Both the position numbers and the translations under genes were made by a program. This document shows, in pieces, positions 33,088-44,568 of a stretch of 64,000 nt of DNA. Source of the stretch: a virus. Location of the stretch: positions 128,819-192,818 of IMG/VR virus record IMGVR_UViG_3300050343_000199; one strand, given 5' to 3'. The notes below the pieces were generated by a model. It saw only the letters and a list, made by a program, of their open reading frames with translations. It did no database searches and was not told the DNA's origin. Positions within the stretch are counted from its first letter, which is position 1; every line of letters starts with the position of its first letter.

Positions 33088-33302
33088 TTACTCAGTAAAA
33101 TGTTTATCCAGAACTTCAATACGTTCTTCTTCGTGTGCAATGATATCAAGTTGTTCTTGAATTGCACCGAGAACATCAGGGTGTTCACCAATACCTACAG
33201 GATTGTGTAGGTATACTTCTACATTCATTTTTGCTTTCTGAATGTTACCCTCGGCATTGCTACGTAGAGCAGCGAGAGTATTTTCTCTTAGATTACAAGA
33301 CA

Positions 33303-33303
<1 letters not shown>
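33088..33303 (-). CDS. Conserved hypothetical protein
   Basis: NVEVYLHNPVGIGEHPDV. Confidence 0.8.
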
Positions 33304-33623
<320 letters not shown>

Positions 33624-34028
33624 TTAACGATCGTTAGCAGCCCTTACCTCAGATCTGTTGATTTCAAAACTTCCACCAGGATAACGCTTCTCCAATTTCT
33701 TTACGTTGCGTTCAATTACCTCGTCAAAGGATATATCAAGTGCCATTGTTGCTTGAGCCACATACCACATAACATCACCCAACTCAATAATAAGATGCTC
33801 GCGGTTATCTTCGTTCCACGGTTTTCCTTGGAAGACCATTTTTTTAATGATCTCAAGGAACTCACCGCCCTCAGCATTAATTCCAACGCCAGCAGTAAGC
33901 AGTCTCTCAATATTGGCACCTTGTCTATCCAGATCACCAATACGGTCAGCGAAATCAACAAAGTTTGTAGAGCATTCTGAAGTAACTGCTGCCACAAATT
34001 CTTCATAGCGATTAAAGTTAATAGTCAT
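33624..34028 (-). CDS. mazG: MazG-like nucleoside triphosphate pyrophosphohydrolase
   Basis: GINAEGGEFLEIIKK ... ELGDVMWY ... KLEKRYP. Confidence 0.93.
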   Translation of the reverse strand: MTINFNRYEEFVAAVTSECSTNFVDFADRIGDLDRQGANIERLLTAGVGINAEGGEFLEIIKKMVFQGKPWNEDNREHLIIELGDVMWYVAQATMALDISFDEVIERNVKKLEKRYPGGSFEINRSEVRAANDR

Positions 34029-34034
34029 AATAAT

Positions 34035-35609
34035 TTAGGAGTAAATATTTTCTTTTAAAAATTCGTAAGAGGTTGGGAGTGTTAGAATGTTTTCCTCCAT
34101 TATTTTAGCATACTTTTTATAGTCTTGGTATACTTTTTCAATATCAGATTCAAAATTATCTTTGGATCCATTTCTCAAATAATGATAAAGATGATCTGCA
34201 TAAGGAACATGCCCCATACCAGCCATAATATATGCGATACCATGTTTTTCAGGATCCCATCTATGTGCTAAAGAGTGCATTTGATGTACATTTTCATAAA
34301 AAGATGTTGATCCATTTTCATATGAGAAATGCATTTTTCTATCAGTAAACAATCTAGGATCAGAAAGTTTAAACCAATCTTTAAGTTCCGTTTGGTATTT
34401 CCAATAAGGAGTATCGGATCTTTGAGAAAGTTTATAGTGAAGAGAAACAAAATGCATGTATCCAGACACAACTAACTGAGCTGTATAGTTGTAAGAGTCT
34501 CTATCAAAACCAGTAATATTACACTTACGTCTATCAAGAGTTTCAACCAGTTGATCAATCATCTCATGAGTAGAAACAAGTCCTGTGGATTCTAGTGGTT
34601 CAATAAAACCATACGAAAGACCTACACCAACTACATTTTTAACCCAACCTCTTTCTCTTACACCATGTCGGATATTGATTTTACGAATTTCAATATCTTC
34701 ATTACCTACATGTTGTTTGAACTCTTTTTCTGCATCATCATCACTGATAAAATCACTAGAGTAAACATATCCAGATCCCATGCGATTCCACAGAGGAATA
34801 TTCCATGACCATCCACTGTTTAATGCTGTGCAATTAGTAACGTTTCGGATCTCTGTCGTTTTATCTTTATAAGGTAGATGAGTTGCAATAGCTCTATTAT
34901 TATCCAACCATGGTTTGAAAGAAATAAATTCAGATCCCATTTCTTTTTCTAGAAGTAGAGATTTGAATCCGGTACAATCAACATACAGATCTGCAGAGTA
35001 CTCAGTTCCAGAATTTCCAACCAGAGAAGTAATGTATCCTTCTTCATCTTTTTTTACAGCAACAACATCATCAATGTAATGGTTTGCTTTCTTACAGAAT
35101 CTAGTTTTAAGAAATTTTCCAAAGAGACTAGCATCAAAATGATATGCAGTATCATTTTTTAAACTAAATGACATGTTAAAATCATTTCCATCCGTCATCC
35201 TATTGTGCTTCGCTAACCAATACGCATGGTTTAAAAATTCGCAAAAAGAATCTGGTCCTAATTTATATTTGGCACGAATAACTGACCAACTACCAAATGA
35301 TTCTTCTGTGTGAGATCCAGCAAAAGGATATTCAAATACTTCACCTTTACCATCTCTAAAGTTAGTAAATCTAATTGAAGTTTTATAAGTGGCATTGCAA
35401 TGAGGCATCCATTCTTTATCTTCAAGTTCAAGAAGATTTAAATAAGTATTAAACTTAGTAATAGTAGATTCTCCTACTCCAACTGGATTAGAATTCTCTC
35501 CTTCAAGCACAGATATTTTAATATCTTTACCAAATTTTTTAGATAAAGCAGCAGCAGTCATCCAACCAGAAGATCCGCCACCGACAACCATAATACTTTT
35601 AATCTTCAT
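34035..35609 (-). CDS. Flavin-dependent (tryptophan-type) halogenase
   Basis: GGGSSG, VGVGES, CNATYK, WSWNIPL, FIEPLESTG. Confidence 0.92.
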   Translation of the reverse strand: MKIKSIMVVGGGSSGWMTAAALSKKFGKDIKISVLEGENSNPVGVGESTITKFNTYLNLLELEDKEWMPHCNATYKTSIRFTNFRDGKGEVFEYPFAGSHTEESFGSWSVIRAKYKLGPDSFCEFLNHAYWLAKHNRMTDGNDFNMSFSLKNDTAYHFDASLFGKFLKTRFCKKANHYIDDVVAVKKDEEGYITSLVGNSGTEYSADLYVDCTGFKSLLLEKEMGSEFISFKPWLDNNRAIATHLPYKDKTTEIRNVTNCTALNSGWSWNIPLWNRMGSGYVYSSDFISDDDAEKEFKQHVGNEDIEIRKINIRHGVRERGWVKNVVGVGLSYGFIEPLESTGLVSTHEMIDQLVETLDRRKCNITGFDRDSYNYTAQLVVSGYMHFVSLHYKLSQRSDTPYWKYQTELKDWFKLSDPRLFTDRKMHFSYENGSTSFYENVHQMHSLAHRWDPEKHGIAYIMAGMGHVPYADHLYHYLRNGSKDNFESDIEKVYQDYKKYAKIMEENILTLPTSYEFLKENIYS

Positions 35610-36994
35610 ACATTCCACTCAGCAAATTTAGATAGTCGGTTTTGTGTGTCTGCAAATTGGGAGAACTCTTCACCAGGGTCCTCTTGATTAATGTTGATGG
35701 CAGAAGCATCTTCCGCTACATCATACAACCTCATCTTGGATCTGTCAATTCCCACCATGAATTTTCGTGAGGCAGCAGTTTCGTTGTATCTGTTCTTAAG
35801 TTGTTTGACCATGATGCGACCCTGTTGTTCAAGTTCATCAGTGCTGATGAGAGCAAACATAAAATCAGCAGTGGCAGGCAAACCAAAAGACTCAGAAGTA
35901 TCGGTAAGGTCAGGGTCAGAATTGCCATAACCACTACGAGTAGTTTGAGTAGCTGTGACAATAGGAACATTACATTCCACAGCAAGACCCCGAAGCTCCT
36001 CAGCAATCGCTTTGACATACGTGTAAGAATTGACAATCGCACCTTTATACCTCGCTGATGCACAGATGTTCAGATAATCAATATAGATTATATCTGGTTT
36101 GAAATCTCTTTTAAGAGACAGATCACTTATAAGTGATTTAAAGTGTCCAGCATGTGCTGATGCTGTAGGATACTCTTTGATAATAAGTTTGCCTCTAGTT
36201 TTCCTAGAGATCTCCTGAACTTTAGAATTGAAGATAACTTCAGGTAGTTCAGCAATATCTTTGATAGAAACATTTAAAAGATTCGCGTCAATTCGTTCAG
36301 CAATTTTCTCCTCTGCCATTTCACATGTAATGTAGAGTACGTTCCTGCCCTGAGTGAGCGCGGCACCAGCGCAATGGCACATGAATAGAGATTTCCCGAC
36401 ACCTGTACCAGCAAGAGCGACACTGAGAGTCTTGTTAGAGATACCACCTTTCGTGATGTAGTTAAACTTTTCCAGATCAAAGGGAACCTTTTCTTCTTTG
36501 CGGTGGTAGAATTCATAACGGTCTTTTGCTTGTTCAATGTAGTCGTGTCCTATGTGTTCGTCAAACGATACTGCGAGAGCCTCTTGTAAGATACCTGGGA
36601 TCGCATCCTTTGATATTTTTTTATCGCCTCCGTCTGCGATTTTGATAGAGGACATAAGGGCGAGATAGATTGCTCGGTCTTGACACCATTTTTCGGTTGC
36701 ATCAAGGAGCCATTCGTAGTCAACCCATTCATCGGTGAGTCCTCGTATCGCCTGTAACGTATCTTTAAACGATTCGTCAGTAAGATCGTTACGATTCTGG
36801 ACATTAATCGCCAAGACCTCTTGAGTAGGAACTTTATCGTACTTACTAGCGAAGTCCGAAATCTCCTCAAAGATAACTTTTTCATGATACTCTTCAAAAT
36901 AATCTGCTTTTAAGAAAGGAACCACCTTACGATAATACTCTTCAGTGAAGATGAGATTACGTAAGATAGTTTCTTGGATGCGCTCAGTTGCCAT
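35606..36994 (-). CDS. gp41: Replicative helicase
   Basis: LAGTGVGKS Walker A, YIDYLNI, TATQTTR, KQLKNRY. Confidence 0.96.
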   Translation of the reverse strand: MATERIQETILRNLIFTEEYYRKVVPFLKADYFEEYHEKVIFEEISDFASKYDKVPTQEVLAINVQNRNDLTDESFKDTLQAIRGLTDEWVDYEWLLDATEKWCQDRAIYLALMSSIKIADGGDKKISKDAIPGILQEALAVSFDEHIGHDYIEQAKDRYEFYHRKEEKVPFDLEKFNYITKGGISNKTLSVALAGTGVGKSLFMCHCAGAALTQGRNVLYITCEMAEEKIAERIDANLLNVSIKDIAELPEVIFNSKVQEISRKTRGKLIIKEYPTASAHAGHFKSLISDLSLKRDFKPDIIYIDYLNICASARYKGAIVNSYTYVKAIAEELRGLAVECNVPIVTATQTTRSGYGNSDPDLTDTSESFGLPATADFMFALISTDELEQQGRIMVKQLKNRYNETAASRKFMVGIDRSKMRLYDVAEDASAININQEDPGEEFSQFADTQNRLSKFAEWNV

Positions 36995-37997
36995 AGGAGA
37001 ATTCTTTCTGTGCTGCTTCTTCAAGTCTATTCATTACTTCTTCTGTAAAATACTTATCAGGATCTGCAAGAATTGATTTAGGATAAACAGAACTACCGTC
37101 AATCTTAATACGATTACCAACTTTCTCAAAGACTCCGTACTTTTCACCCAACTCTAGTAGTCCGTAATACTTATCAAGTCCCCGCTCATCATAAAATAAA
37201 CGGGTCTCAACTTTACTTCCTTCTTTTGTTAAGCGAGACTTCTTTGCCTCACATTTAATAATGTTACCTACAAGTTCTGTACCGTCTTTCTCCTTTTTCT
37301 TACCCAAATAGATGATAGTAGAAGCAGCATACTTAAGACCTGTACCGCCTCCCATCTCCTTCATTGGCACGTAAGACCCAATCACATCATAGGTGTGGTT
37401 AGTGACGATCATAGGCACCTGTGCTTGCCCTAGTTTGAGGGTAAGTACCCGAAAGGCACCTTTGATCAACTGACTCTTAGTCATGTCCCTGACCTGTTTG
37501 TCATTGGCAACATCTTCCATCTCTTTAGATGTAGAAAGCATACCCAGAGAGTCAAGAACAAAGAGCATAGGCACTCTTTCATCCTTAGGTTCTTTTACAT
37601 ACTTGTCTAAAATACGACAAGCTTGTGTTCTAAACTCCTCAATGGTAGCAACAGGCATGATAATCATTCGCTTACTGTCAATGCCCCGTTCCTCAATCAT
37701 GTTACGAGAGATGGCAGATTCAGATTCAAAATAAATGACTCCGCCTGTAGGATTAGCAGCAAGGAAATTACGAACGACACTAAGAGCAAAAAAAGTCTTC
37801 CCCGTGCTTGATTCTCCCGCAAGAGCGGTGACTTTGTTTGAAGGCAAACCTCCAAAAAGAGAACCACTAACCAGGGCGTTAAAAATATAAGACCCAGTAT
37901 CAACGTAACCGGTAATATCACCAGCAGCAACCCCTTCACTAACAACGCTAGCAAATTCATTTCCACTATCTTTAATTACAGAATCTAAAAATCCCAT
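36984..37997 (-). CDS. uvsX: RecA-like recombinase
   Basis: [28 protein letters not shown]. Confidence 0.96.
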   Translation of the reverse strand: MGFLDSVIKDSGNEFASVVSEGVAAGDITGYVDTGSYIFNALVSGSLFGGLPSNKVTALAGESSTGKTFFALSVVRNFLAANPTGGVIYFESESAISRNMIEERGIDSKRMIIMPVATIEEFRTQACRILDKYVKEPKDERVPMLFVLDSLGMLSTSKEMEDVANDKQVRDMTKSQLIKGAFRVLTLKLGQAQVPMIVTNHTYDVIGSYVPMKEMGGGTGLKYAASTIIYLGKKKEKDGTELVGNIIKCEAKKSRLTKEGSKVETRLFYDERGLDKYYGLLELGEKYGVFEKVGNRIKIDGSSVYPKSILADPDKYFTEEVMNRLEEAAQKEFSYGN

Positions 37998-38161
37998 TGT
38001 GTTGCCTCATCCTCGTAAAAGTTTACATAATTATAAGATTGCCGCATGAGTTTAGCAAACCCAAGAGCAACTTTGTAGTCCTCAAAACATTTAATGTCTT
38101 CTGGTCCTACTTGTCCCACGACATGGTTAGTCCATGTGACAACATAGATTTTCTTGCTCAC
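37985..38161 (-). CDS. Small hypothetical protein, 58 aa (GTG start, not in ORF track)
   Basis: Hand translation [58 protein letters not shown]. Confidence 0.65.
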   Translation of the reverse strand: MSKKIYVVTWTNHVVGQVGPEDIKCFEDYKVALGFAKLMRQSYNYVNFYEDEATQWDF

Positions 38162-40647
38162 TCAAAGAAACTCCCAATGGACACGGACTTTTTATGAGAC
38201 CATCCTATACATTGTAGCACATTTTTGAGCGGTTCCAAGAACGACTTTTCAAACTGTGTCTGATAATCCACGTAGTTTTCCAACCCGAATTCTTTCGGCA
38301 AATCTCCAAAGAAACTAACCACATTTTCGTGCAGAGGGTTGGGTGTCTTAAGATACATGAACTTGATCTTTTCACCTTCTTGAATCAGAGGATGCTTGTT
38401 TTCAATATCATGTTTCTTGACATAATAATTATACAACAATGCACCCCTCACCGCAATGGGTGTTCCTTTCTGATAAATCTCATTCGGGTGGCGATATTTT
38501 GCCAAGTTGTTAACTCCTCTGGGGAAGGCAACTTCGTTATAGGGTCGTTCCCTAGTTTCTGTTCGGACAACATTGATAAAATTGATAAGTTCATCATTTG
38601 TTTTGCCGATAATAATCTTGAACGCTGCATACAACTTGTCTCTAAAATACGCCGGAGTAGAACTCCTTGCCGTTTCAAGACCCATGATTTTCATCTTGGG
38701 TTCTTTGTATCTAACTCCCTCGCTGTCCCATACGTTGAGAATGTAACGCTTCTTTGCAGTCCAAATGCCACGGTCAGCGATGTTCTCTCGCTTCATTTGC
38801 ATCTTCTGATCATATGCCGAAACATAATCTGCAAGTTCTTGATATGAACTCTCAATAAAAGGTTCCAATTTCTCCTCACAGATCTTATCAAGTATCGCAA
38901 CAATTGCTGCTTTATTATCAGACTTAGCACTAAAAAATTTAGTAACAAGAGGTCCAAGATTAAGATAAATTGAGTCGGTATCGGATGCGATGACATAATC
39001 TACACCCTTAGTTTGCAAAAGAGTATTTAGATATCCATTCATCTTGTTCTCAATCCACCTGATAGAGACCTGACCTGAAAGGGTGATAGCCTCAGCATTA
39101 GCAAGACGATAGTATCTAAAGTGTTCGTTGCCAATAGCACCATAAGCAGAGTTCAAAGAGATCTTCTTTGCCATCTGGATGTTATTGCAACGGGCGATCT
39201 CTTTCATGAGTTCAACAGTAGGAGTTTTCTCATACTGTTGCTTTGCCTTGATCATCCTCTTCTTAAAGATAACACTAGAGTCATACATCTTCTGCATCAT
39301 CTGTGGGAGAAACCCATGCTTATCTTTACGTGTACTGTGCTCCATTAGCACACACAGCATACTCCCCATCAATCTCTAGTTCTTTATTAAGTATCTTATC
39401 AACAGTTGCCGTTGAATGTCTCTTGTCAAGGAGGGTCTCGGGCGAGATGTTGTATTGCATAATAAGATGAGGATACAGAGAGTTGAGGTCAAAAGACACA
39501 ACCCAATCATAGAATCCAGGCTTCGGTTCTTTAACATATGCCCCCGCATACTTAGCATCTTTAGTTGCTTCCTTCTTAGGAGGGATAGCAATCTTTCGTT
39601 TCAAAAGTTCCACATAGATGTAATTATCCCACATACGAACCTGTGAGAACACGTCCTCATAGTTTACCTTAGCATCGTATGCCATGGTATATGCGAGTTC
39701 AATCAACTTCATCTTATCATCTAGTTGATCTACCAGACGAACGTCATGAATGTTATACTCAATAAACTTCTGCCAATCTCCTTCGTAGAACTCTTTGAAT
39801 GTATCAAACTCAGAGTGATCTAGTTTTTTAGATCCAAGTTCCACAAATGCAATGTGGTCCAGGCGATATGATTCTTGGTTGGTGTAAGTAAATTTTCTAT
39901 AGAGATCATAATAATCTAGCGTAGCAATTCCCCGAAGATCATAAGCAATTTGCTTTCTTCCTTTAATAAAATTTCTCTACAAGAAATAAGTTTCCAAGGA
40001 CTAAGAGTTTTAGTATAACTTTCTCCAAGAATTCTATCAATACGCCTAGCAATATATGGAATATCAAATAACTGAACATTCCAACCCGTGATAACATCAG
40101 GGCAATTTTGATTCCAATGATATAGGAATGCCTGAAGCATGGTTTCTTCAGATGCAAAATGCATATAGTCAACCATAGGATCTTTATTGTCAAATGGACG
40201 AGCTCCAAAGACAATAATGCGACCAGTATAAGAGTCCTTAATACTGATCGCTAAGATTTCTTGATCTGCAGTTTCAATGTTGGGGAATCCATTTTCTGCT
40301 GCAGTTTCAATATCAATTGTGAACACCCGAATTTTAGAAACGTCATAACGAATCTCTTCCTCGGGATGTTGTTCAGCAATATACTGATACAAGTACCTAC
40401 TGTTACCGTAGATAGGAAATTCTTCAACCTCCCTATACCGTTTGATAAACTCCTTGGCTTCATTGATAGAACCCATGGGTAAAGGTTCTACACAACCTCC
40501 CTCTAAGGTTCTCCACTCAGAATAATTCTTGGTAGGAATATAGAGGGTAGGATTGAACGGCACCCTGTGAGAAAAAGGAACACCTCCCTCATATCCACGG
40601 ACTAGCAGACGATTGCCTGCTTGCTCAACATTTGTATAAAACTTCAT
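38158..40647 (-). CDS. gp43: Family B DNA polymerase, interrupted here by two single-base frameshifts (about 39970 and about 39331)
   Basis: DIET exonuclease I (ORF 39916..40647), SFDLNSLYP (ORF 39326..39844), KISLNSAYG and SDTDS (ORF 38158..39372). Confidence 0.95.
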
Positions 40648-40919
40648 TCAGTAAGCAGTTCGGTTTTTCCGTTACGGTACAAGGCAATGATGTCATTGCT
40701 TGGGTCCACAAAGGTTATTATATCAGAAGAACGGATCACTGCCACCTTTTCGGAAGCAAATGGGAGCCAGTCTGTCAACTGGTCTCCCTGTATGGACATA
40801 GGATCATGCAAGATACAATCTGGATCTCCCATGATCACGTCTTCAATCTCTTCAATCTTCGCTATCAGCCACTGGTCCTTCAGTAGCAGCACTTTGAGTT
40901 GGTTCGCCAATGATATCAT
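40644..40919 (-). CDS. Conserved hypothetical protein
   Basis: ORF track; GDPDCILHDP; upstream of gp43. Confidence 0.7.
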   Translation of the reverse strand: MISLANQLKVLLLKDQWLIAKIEEIEDVIMGDPDCILHDPMSIQGDQLTDWLPFASEKVAVIRSSDIITFVDPSNDIIALYRNGKTELLTE

Positions 40920-41253
40920 CTCCATTATTAGGTAAGAAAGAGCAGTCAACGCCTGCTTCTTTCAGTTTAGTTACGTAGTTGTCAAGAATTTCTTGAGAAG
41001 GTGGCATTGCAGTAATAACGGCAGTAGGTGCTACCCGATGATCTTCGTAAGGGGTGAAGGGATTCCACCTACGATATGTTACATTGAACGAATCCCCTTG
41101 ACTAGGGTCTTGGGACAGTGTAAGAGTAAGAGGATAAAGCATCTGATAAGCAACAAACTTATCTTCCTCTCTAATTTGAGTGAAATTACAAATTACATGT
41201 TCTCCAGTCATTAAATGAATGATCCGGACGTTGTGCTCAATTGGAGTTGCCAT
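40852..41253 (-). CDS. Conserved hypothetical protein (Sm-like beta fold plausible)
   Basis: IIHLMTGEHVIC ... RRWNPF. Confidence 0.75.
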   Translation of the reverse strand: MATPIEHNVRIIHLMTGEHVICNFTQIREEDKFVAYQMLYPLTLTLSQDPSQGDSFNVTYRRWNPFTPYEDHRVAPTAVITAMPPSQEILDNYVTKLKEAGVDCSFLPNNGDDIIGEPTQSAATEGPVADSED

Positions 41254-41318
41254 AGTTTAAATCTTTTTTATATTATACCAAGTAAAAAGGAGACCGTCAA
41301 GTCTCCTTTACAATTTAT

Positions 41319-41723
41319 TTAGAACCAAGTTTTTCGCTTTTGATTCTCGGGGAGTTCTTTCCGAAGAAGAATTGTTAATAGACCATTTTCAAATTCAACT
41401 TCTTCAATCTCTACATCGTCTGCCATCTGCCAGTTTCTTGCAAATGTTTTGTAAGAAATTCCACGATGAGTATATTCTCGTTCAGTTTCTTCACGACTTT
41501 TATTAGCAGAAACTGTTAGAACATTTCGTTCTGTCTCCACTTTGATATCTCCTGATGAAAATCCTGCAAGAGCGATTTCCAAAGTGGTTCTACCATCAGG
41601 TCCAGTAACGATGTTGTATGGAGGGTAATTCTTTCCACCTCCAGCAAGAGCTTCAAGTCTGTGGAATGTTTCATTAAATCCAAGTGAATAGGGAGTATAA
41701 GTTTCCCAGTTAATATCTACCAT
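41319..41723 (-). CDS. hsp20: Small heat-shock protein
   Basis: NYPPYNI, LEIALAGF, HRGISYKTF, FENGLLTI. Confidence 0.95.
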   Translation of the reverse strand: MVDINWETYTPYSLGFNETFHRLEALAGGGKNYPPYNIVTGPDGRTTLEIALAGFSSGDIKVETERNVLTVSANKSREETEREYTHRGISYKTFARNWQMADDVEIEEVEFENGLLTILLRKELPENQKRKTWF

Positions 41724-41835
41724 GTCCTTAAATAAGCGACGTTTACATGTGACCCTTTCGGCATCACACAGTTATTTAAACATACCCAATAAAATTTTAA
41801 TAAGGGGTTTTCTTTATTAAAAATTACGGATTACT

Positions 41836-42261
41836 CTACTCTTCAGTAGATTTTTTGCGACCGATATTGTATTTGGACTCAAGTACCCATTCTTCTTTAT
41901 CACGAAAAGCAAGAACTTTAATTTGGTTAAGTGGTGCTAGATCCTGAATTTTTTCAGCATCAACAATAGTAATTAAACCCCAATCAGAAAGGAGTTGTGA
42001 AATTCTATTACGCCTTTGCAAATCATTCACAGAAAAGTTAGTGTTCTTACCATCCAGGGCGAACAACTCTTTAAAATGAACAATATAATACTTTCCTTGC
42101 TTATGAAGGATGTGACAAGATTGGTAGATCTTTCTTTCTTTACGTGAAGCAACACCAATTCTAGTCAGAGTTTCTCTCACTTTCAAAAAGTCATCGGGTT
42201 CACTAAGAAGAACCTCTACCATATCACTTTGCTTCCACTGAACTTCAGTTTCACCGCTCAT
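41836..42261 (-). CDS. regA: Translational repressor RegA
   Basis: DDFLKVRETLTRIG, QSCHILHKQGKYYIVHFKELF. Confidence 0.96.
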   Translation of the reverse strand: MSGETEVQWKQSDMVEVLLSEPDDFLKVRETLTRIGVASRKERKIYQSCHILHKQGKYYIVHFKELFALDGKNTNFSVNDLQRRNRISQLLSDWGLITIVDAEKIQDLAPLNQIKVLAFRDKEEWVLESKYNIGRKKSTEE

Positions 42262-42643
42262 GTTTACCACCTTTGCACAATGCTTTTTTAATATTATCTA
42301 ACTGATCCTTGGTGAGAATCCTAAGAGCTTGGAGTGCTTTATCGTCATTATAACCATAATACTCTTTAACTAATTCAAGATAATCAATAGAATCTTTTCT
42401 TGCCCAAGGAGAGAAACGCTTCCTTGGCTTCACACTATTTATAAAAAAGTCATATTGCATCTTCTTTGGTAGATGCGGGTTCTTATTCATCTCATTGGAA
42501 TAGAGCACAGTATCAGTGAAAGAACTGAGGCACCTGTTAATAATATAAGGAGGATACCCTCGCTCAGAATCAACGTCATCATCTAGAATACTTTTCTTTG
42601 ATTGGTTAATTGAATAAAGATAGTCTTTCAGTTGATATGTCAT
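42251..42643 (-). CDS. gp62: Clamp loader small subunit
   Basis: YPPYIINRCLS, KRFSPW, VKEYYGY; downstream of gp44. Confidence 0.92.
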   Translation of the reverse strand: MTYQLKDYLYSINQSKKSILDDDVDSERGYPPYIINRCLSSFTDTVLYSNEMNKNPHLPKKMQYDFFINSVKPRKRFSPWARKDSIDYLELVKEYYGYNDDKALQALRILTKDQLDNIKKALCKGGKHER

Positions 42644-43479
42644 AATTCATAGTTGGTTAAAACGAGTTCCTTACGAGCTGCTTGATCAGTATTATAACTT
42701 CCTACGCTCCTCATGGTATAGGTGTGTGCAAATTCAGCAGCTGTCCACCCATGAAAACGATCACGGATTAGTTGAGATGAATTGTAAGATACAAGTTGAG
42801 GACCAACAAACCGATCACAGACAGCAGAAAACCCATCATGATCAAACCCTTTATGCATGTTCCCCTTCTTACCATAGAGATTAGAACCAATCTCATAAGG
42901 AGGATCTAGATAAGTAAAGATGTCTTTGTTATCAGTAAAGAGTTCTTGATAGCGAAGATTAGTAATCTTCCATTTCTTGATCATCAAGGAATAGTCTGGG
43001 AGTTTATCAATGCCTCGCATTGAGAAATTACTTTCTGAAGCCTGCTTTGAGAAGGAGCTGGATTCAGTGAGACCAGAAAAAGAGCACTTGTTAACAATGT
43101 AAAAACTAACAGCACGAGATAGGTTGGATGTTTGATCATCGTTTACTTTCTCCTTAGCGTCTAGAAATAATAGTTTTGCTGATACTGGTTCTGGATGACG
43201 ATTCTTAAGTTGCACAAGTTGATCACGCATCTCTCTACCATTTTCCTGGAGTTCTCTCCAGAAGTTATAGAGTGGTTCGTATAGATCATTCACCCAGATA
43301 TCTAGGTTTGGGTAACGTTTGCCAATTTCAATAGCAACAGACCCACCACCCAAGAATGGTTCACGATACTCGCTTGCCTGGGAAAGGTCTGGGAGGAACC
43401 GGAACAGGTTTGCCAGCGCCCTGCTTTTGCCCCCTGGGTAGCGAAGGGGTGTCTTCAGAGATTTCAAAGTTTGGGGCAT
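42640..43479 (-). CDS. dam: DNA adenine methyltransferase (Dam/D12 family)
   Basis: LRYPGGKS, EPFLGGGS, YLDPPY. Confidence 0.93.
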   Translation of the reverse strand: MPQTLKSLKTPLRYPGGKSRALANLFRFLPDLSQASEYREPFLGGGSVAIEIGKRYPNLDIWVNDLYEPLYNFWRELQENGREMRDQLVQLKNRHPEPVSAKLLFLDAKEKVNDDQTSNLSRAVSFYIVNKCSFSGLTESSSFSKQASESNFSMRGIDKLPDYSLMIKKWKITNLRYQELFTDNKDIFTYLDPPYEIGSNLYGKKGNMHKGFDHDGFSAVCDRFVGPQLVSYNSSQLIRDRFHGWTAAEFAHTYTMRSVGSYNTDQAARKELVLTNYEL

Positions 43480-43627
43480 TGTATTTTAGGTATTCAAAAA
43501 ACGTCATTTTTAATTCCTTCTCAGTCATACCGCAGTGCTTTGCTGCAGCAGGTAGGTTCATTGTAGCATAGAAAAGACCCTCGTGGGATTCTTTTACATT
43601 CTGCGGTGTGGTTTTATTCGGTTTCAT
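43361..43627 (-). CDS. Small hypothetical protein (HTH-like), overlapping the dam start
   Basis: MNLPAAAKHCGMTEKELKMTF. Confidence 0.65.
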   Translation of the reverse strand: MKPNKTTPQNVKESHEGLFYATMNLPAAAKHCGMTEKELKMTFFEYLKYNAPNFEISEDTPSLPRGQKQGAGKPVPVPPRPFPGKRVS

Positions 43628-44568
43628 TTGAATTCACAACTCATCATGATCTCAGTAAGACATGCCAACAGGTTGATCTCTTGATCGGGAACAATAGTAA
43701 TGTCTTTCATATACTTGGCAATGATGAGAACAGCTTCAGGAATAGAAGCAGGTTTCAACACACCATACAAACTGTCATAGATCTTACGCATCACCATACT
43801 AGGATCGTTATCCAGATGCTGAACTACCCAGTTCTTTACATTAGTAAAGTCTTTTTTCTTCAAGGACGAAAGGAGAGTGTCCAGATTGACATCAGCAACA
43901 TCCACAAGAATAGCAGACGTAATAGCACCAGTAGCGGCATAGCGTTGGCACTCATTAATAAGACGCCTCCAGTCAGGATAATAACGCTTAGTAATTTTAG
44001 CGAGAACTTTATCTTCATACTCAACATTCTCGTTAGTCAGAATAGTTTGGAGACGAGTAAAAAACTCACCTTGAAGTTGAGTAGACTGCTCAGGTTTGAT
44101 CCTAAAATCTACTACCGTACAACGTGAGTGCAACGGTTCAATAATTTTATTGATAAAGTTGCAAGTAAAGATGAAACGACAGTTGCTATGAAACTCTTCT
44201 ACAGCAGTCCTGAGGGACAGTTGCACGTCGCTAGTGGTGTTGTCTGCTTCGTCAATGATGACCACCTTGTGGGATGCTCCAGAGGTCAGAGAGACCGTAG
44301 TGGCAAACTGCCTCACACGGTTCCTCACAGTGTCTAGGAAGCGTCCTTCATCGGATCCATTGATCACGATGTAAGAGGCACCAATCTCCTCACACAGCGC
44401 CTTAGCGATGGTTGTCTTACCCACACCAGCAGTGCCACTCAGCAGCAGGTTGGGTAGTTCTCCCTGGTTGACAAAACCCTGAAACACTTCCTTGATACTA
44501 GCGGGAAGGATACAATCTTCAACAATACTTGGACGGTATTTCTCCACCCACAAAAACTCTTTACTCAT
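43624..44568 (-). CDS. gp44: Clamp loader large subunit
   Basis: LWVEKYRP, GTAGVGKT, IIDEAD, SRC. Confidence 0.97.
   Translation of the reverse strand: MSKEFLWVEKYRPSIVEDCILPASIKEVFQGFVNQGELPNLLLSGTAGVGKTTIAKALCEEIGASYIVINGSDEGRFLDTVRNRVRQFATTVSLTSGASHKVVIIDEADNTTSDVQLSLRTAVEEFHSNCRFIFTCNFINKIIEPLHSRCTVVDFRIKPEQSTQLQGEFFTRLQTILTNENVEYEDKVLAKITKRYYPDWRRLINECQRYAATGAITSAILVDVADVNLDTLLSSLKKKDFTNVKNWVVQHLDNDPSMVMRKIYDSLYGVLKPASIPEAVLIIAKYMKDITIVPDQEINLLACLTEIMMSCEFK

Noticed and set aside
38329-38847. 172-aa plus-strand ORF opposite gp43 (and similar ones at 33390, 43606, 45970)
   Set aside because: Antisense shadows of well-supported genes; no promoter or SD, composition not protein-like
43361-43479. 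119-nt overlap of a small gene with the dam start
   Set aside because: Low-complexity Pro/Gly run-on tail; no evidence of function
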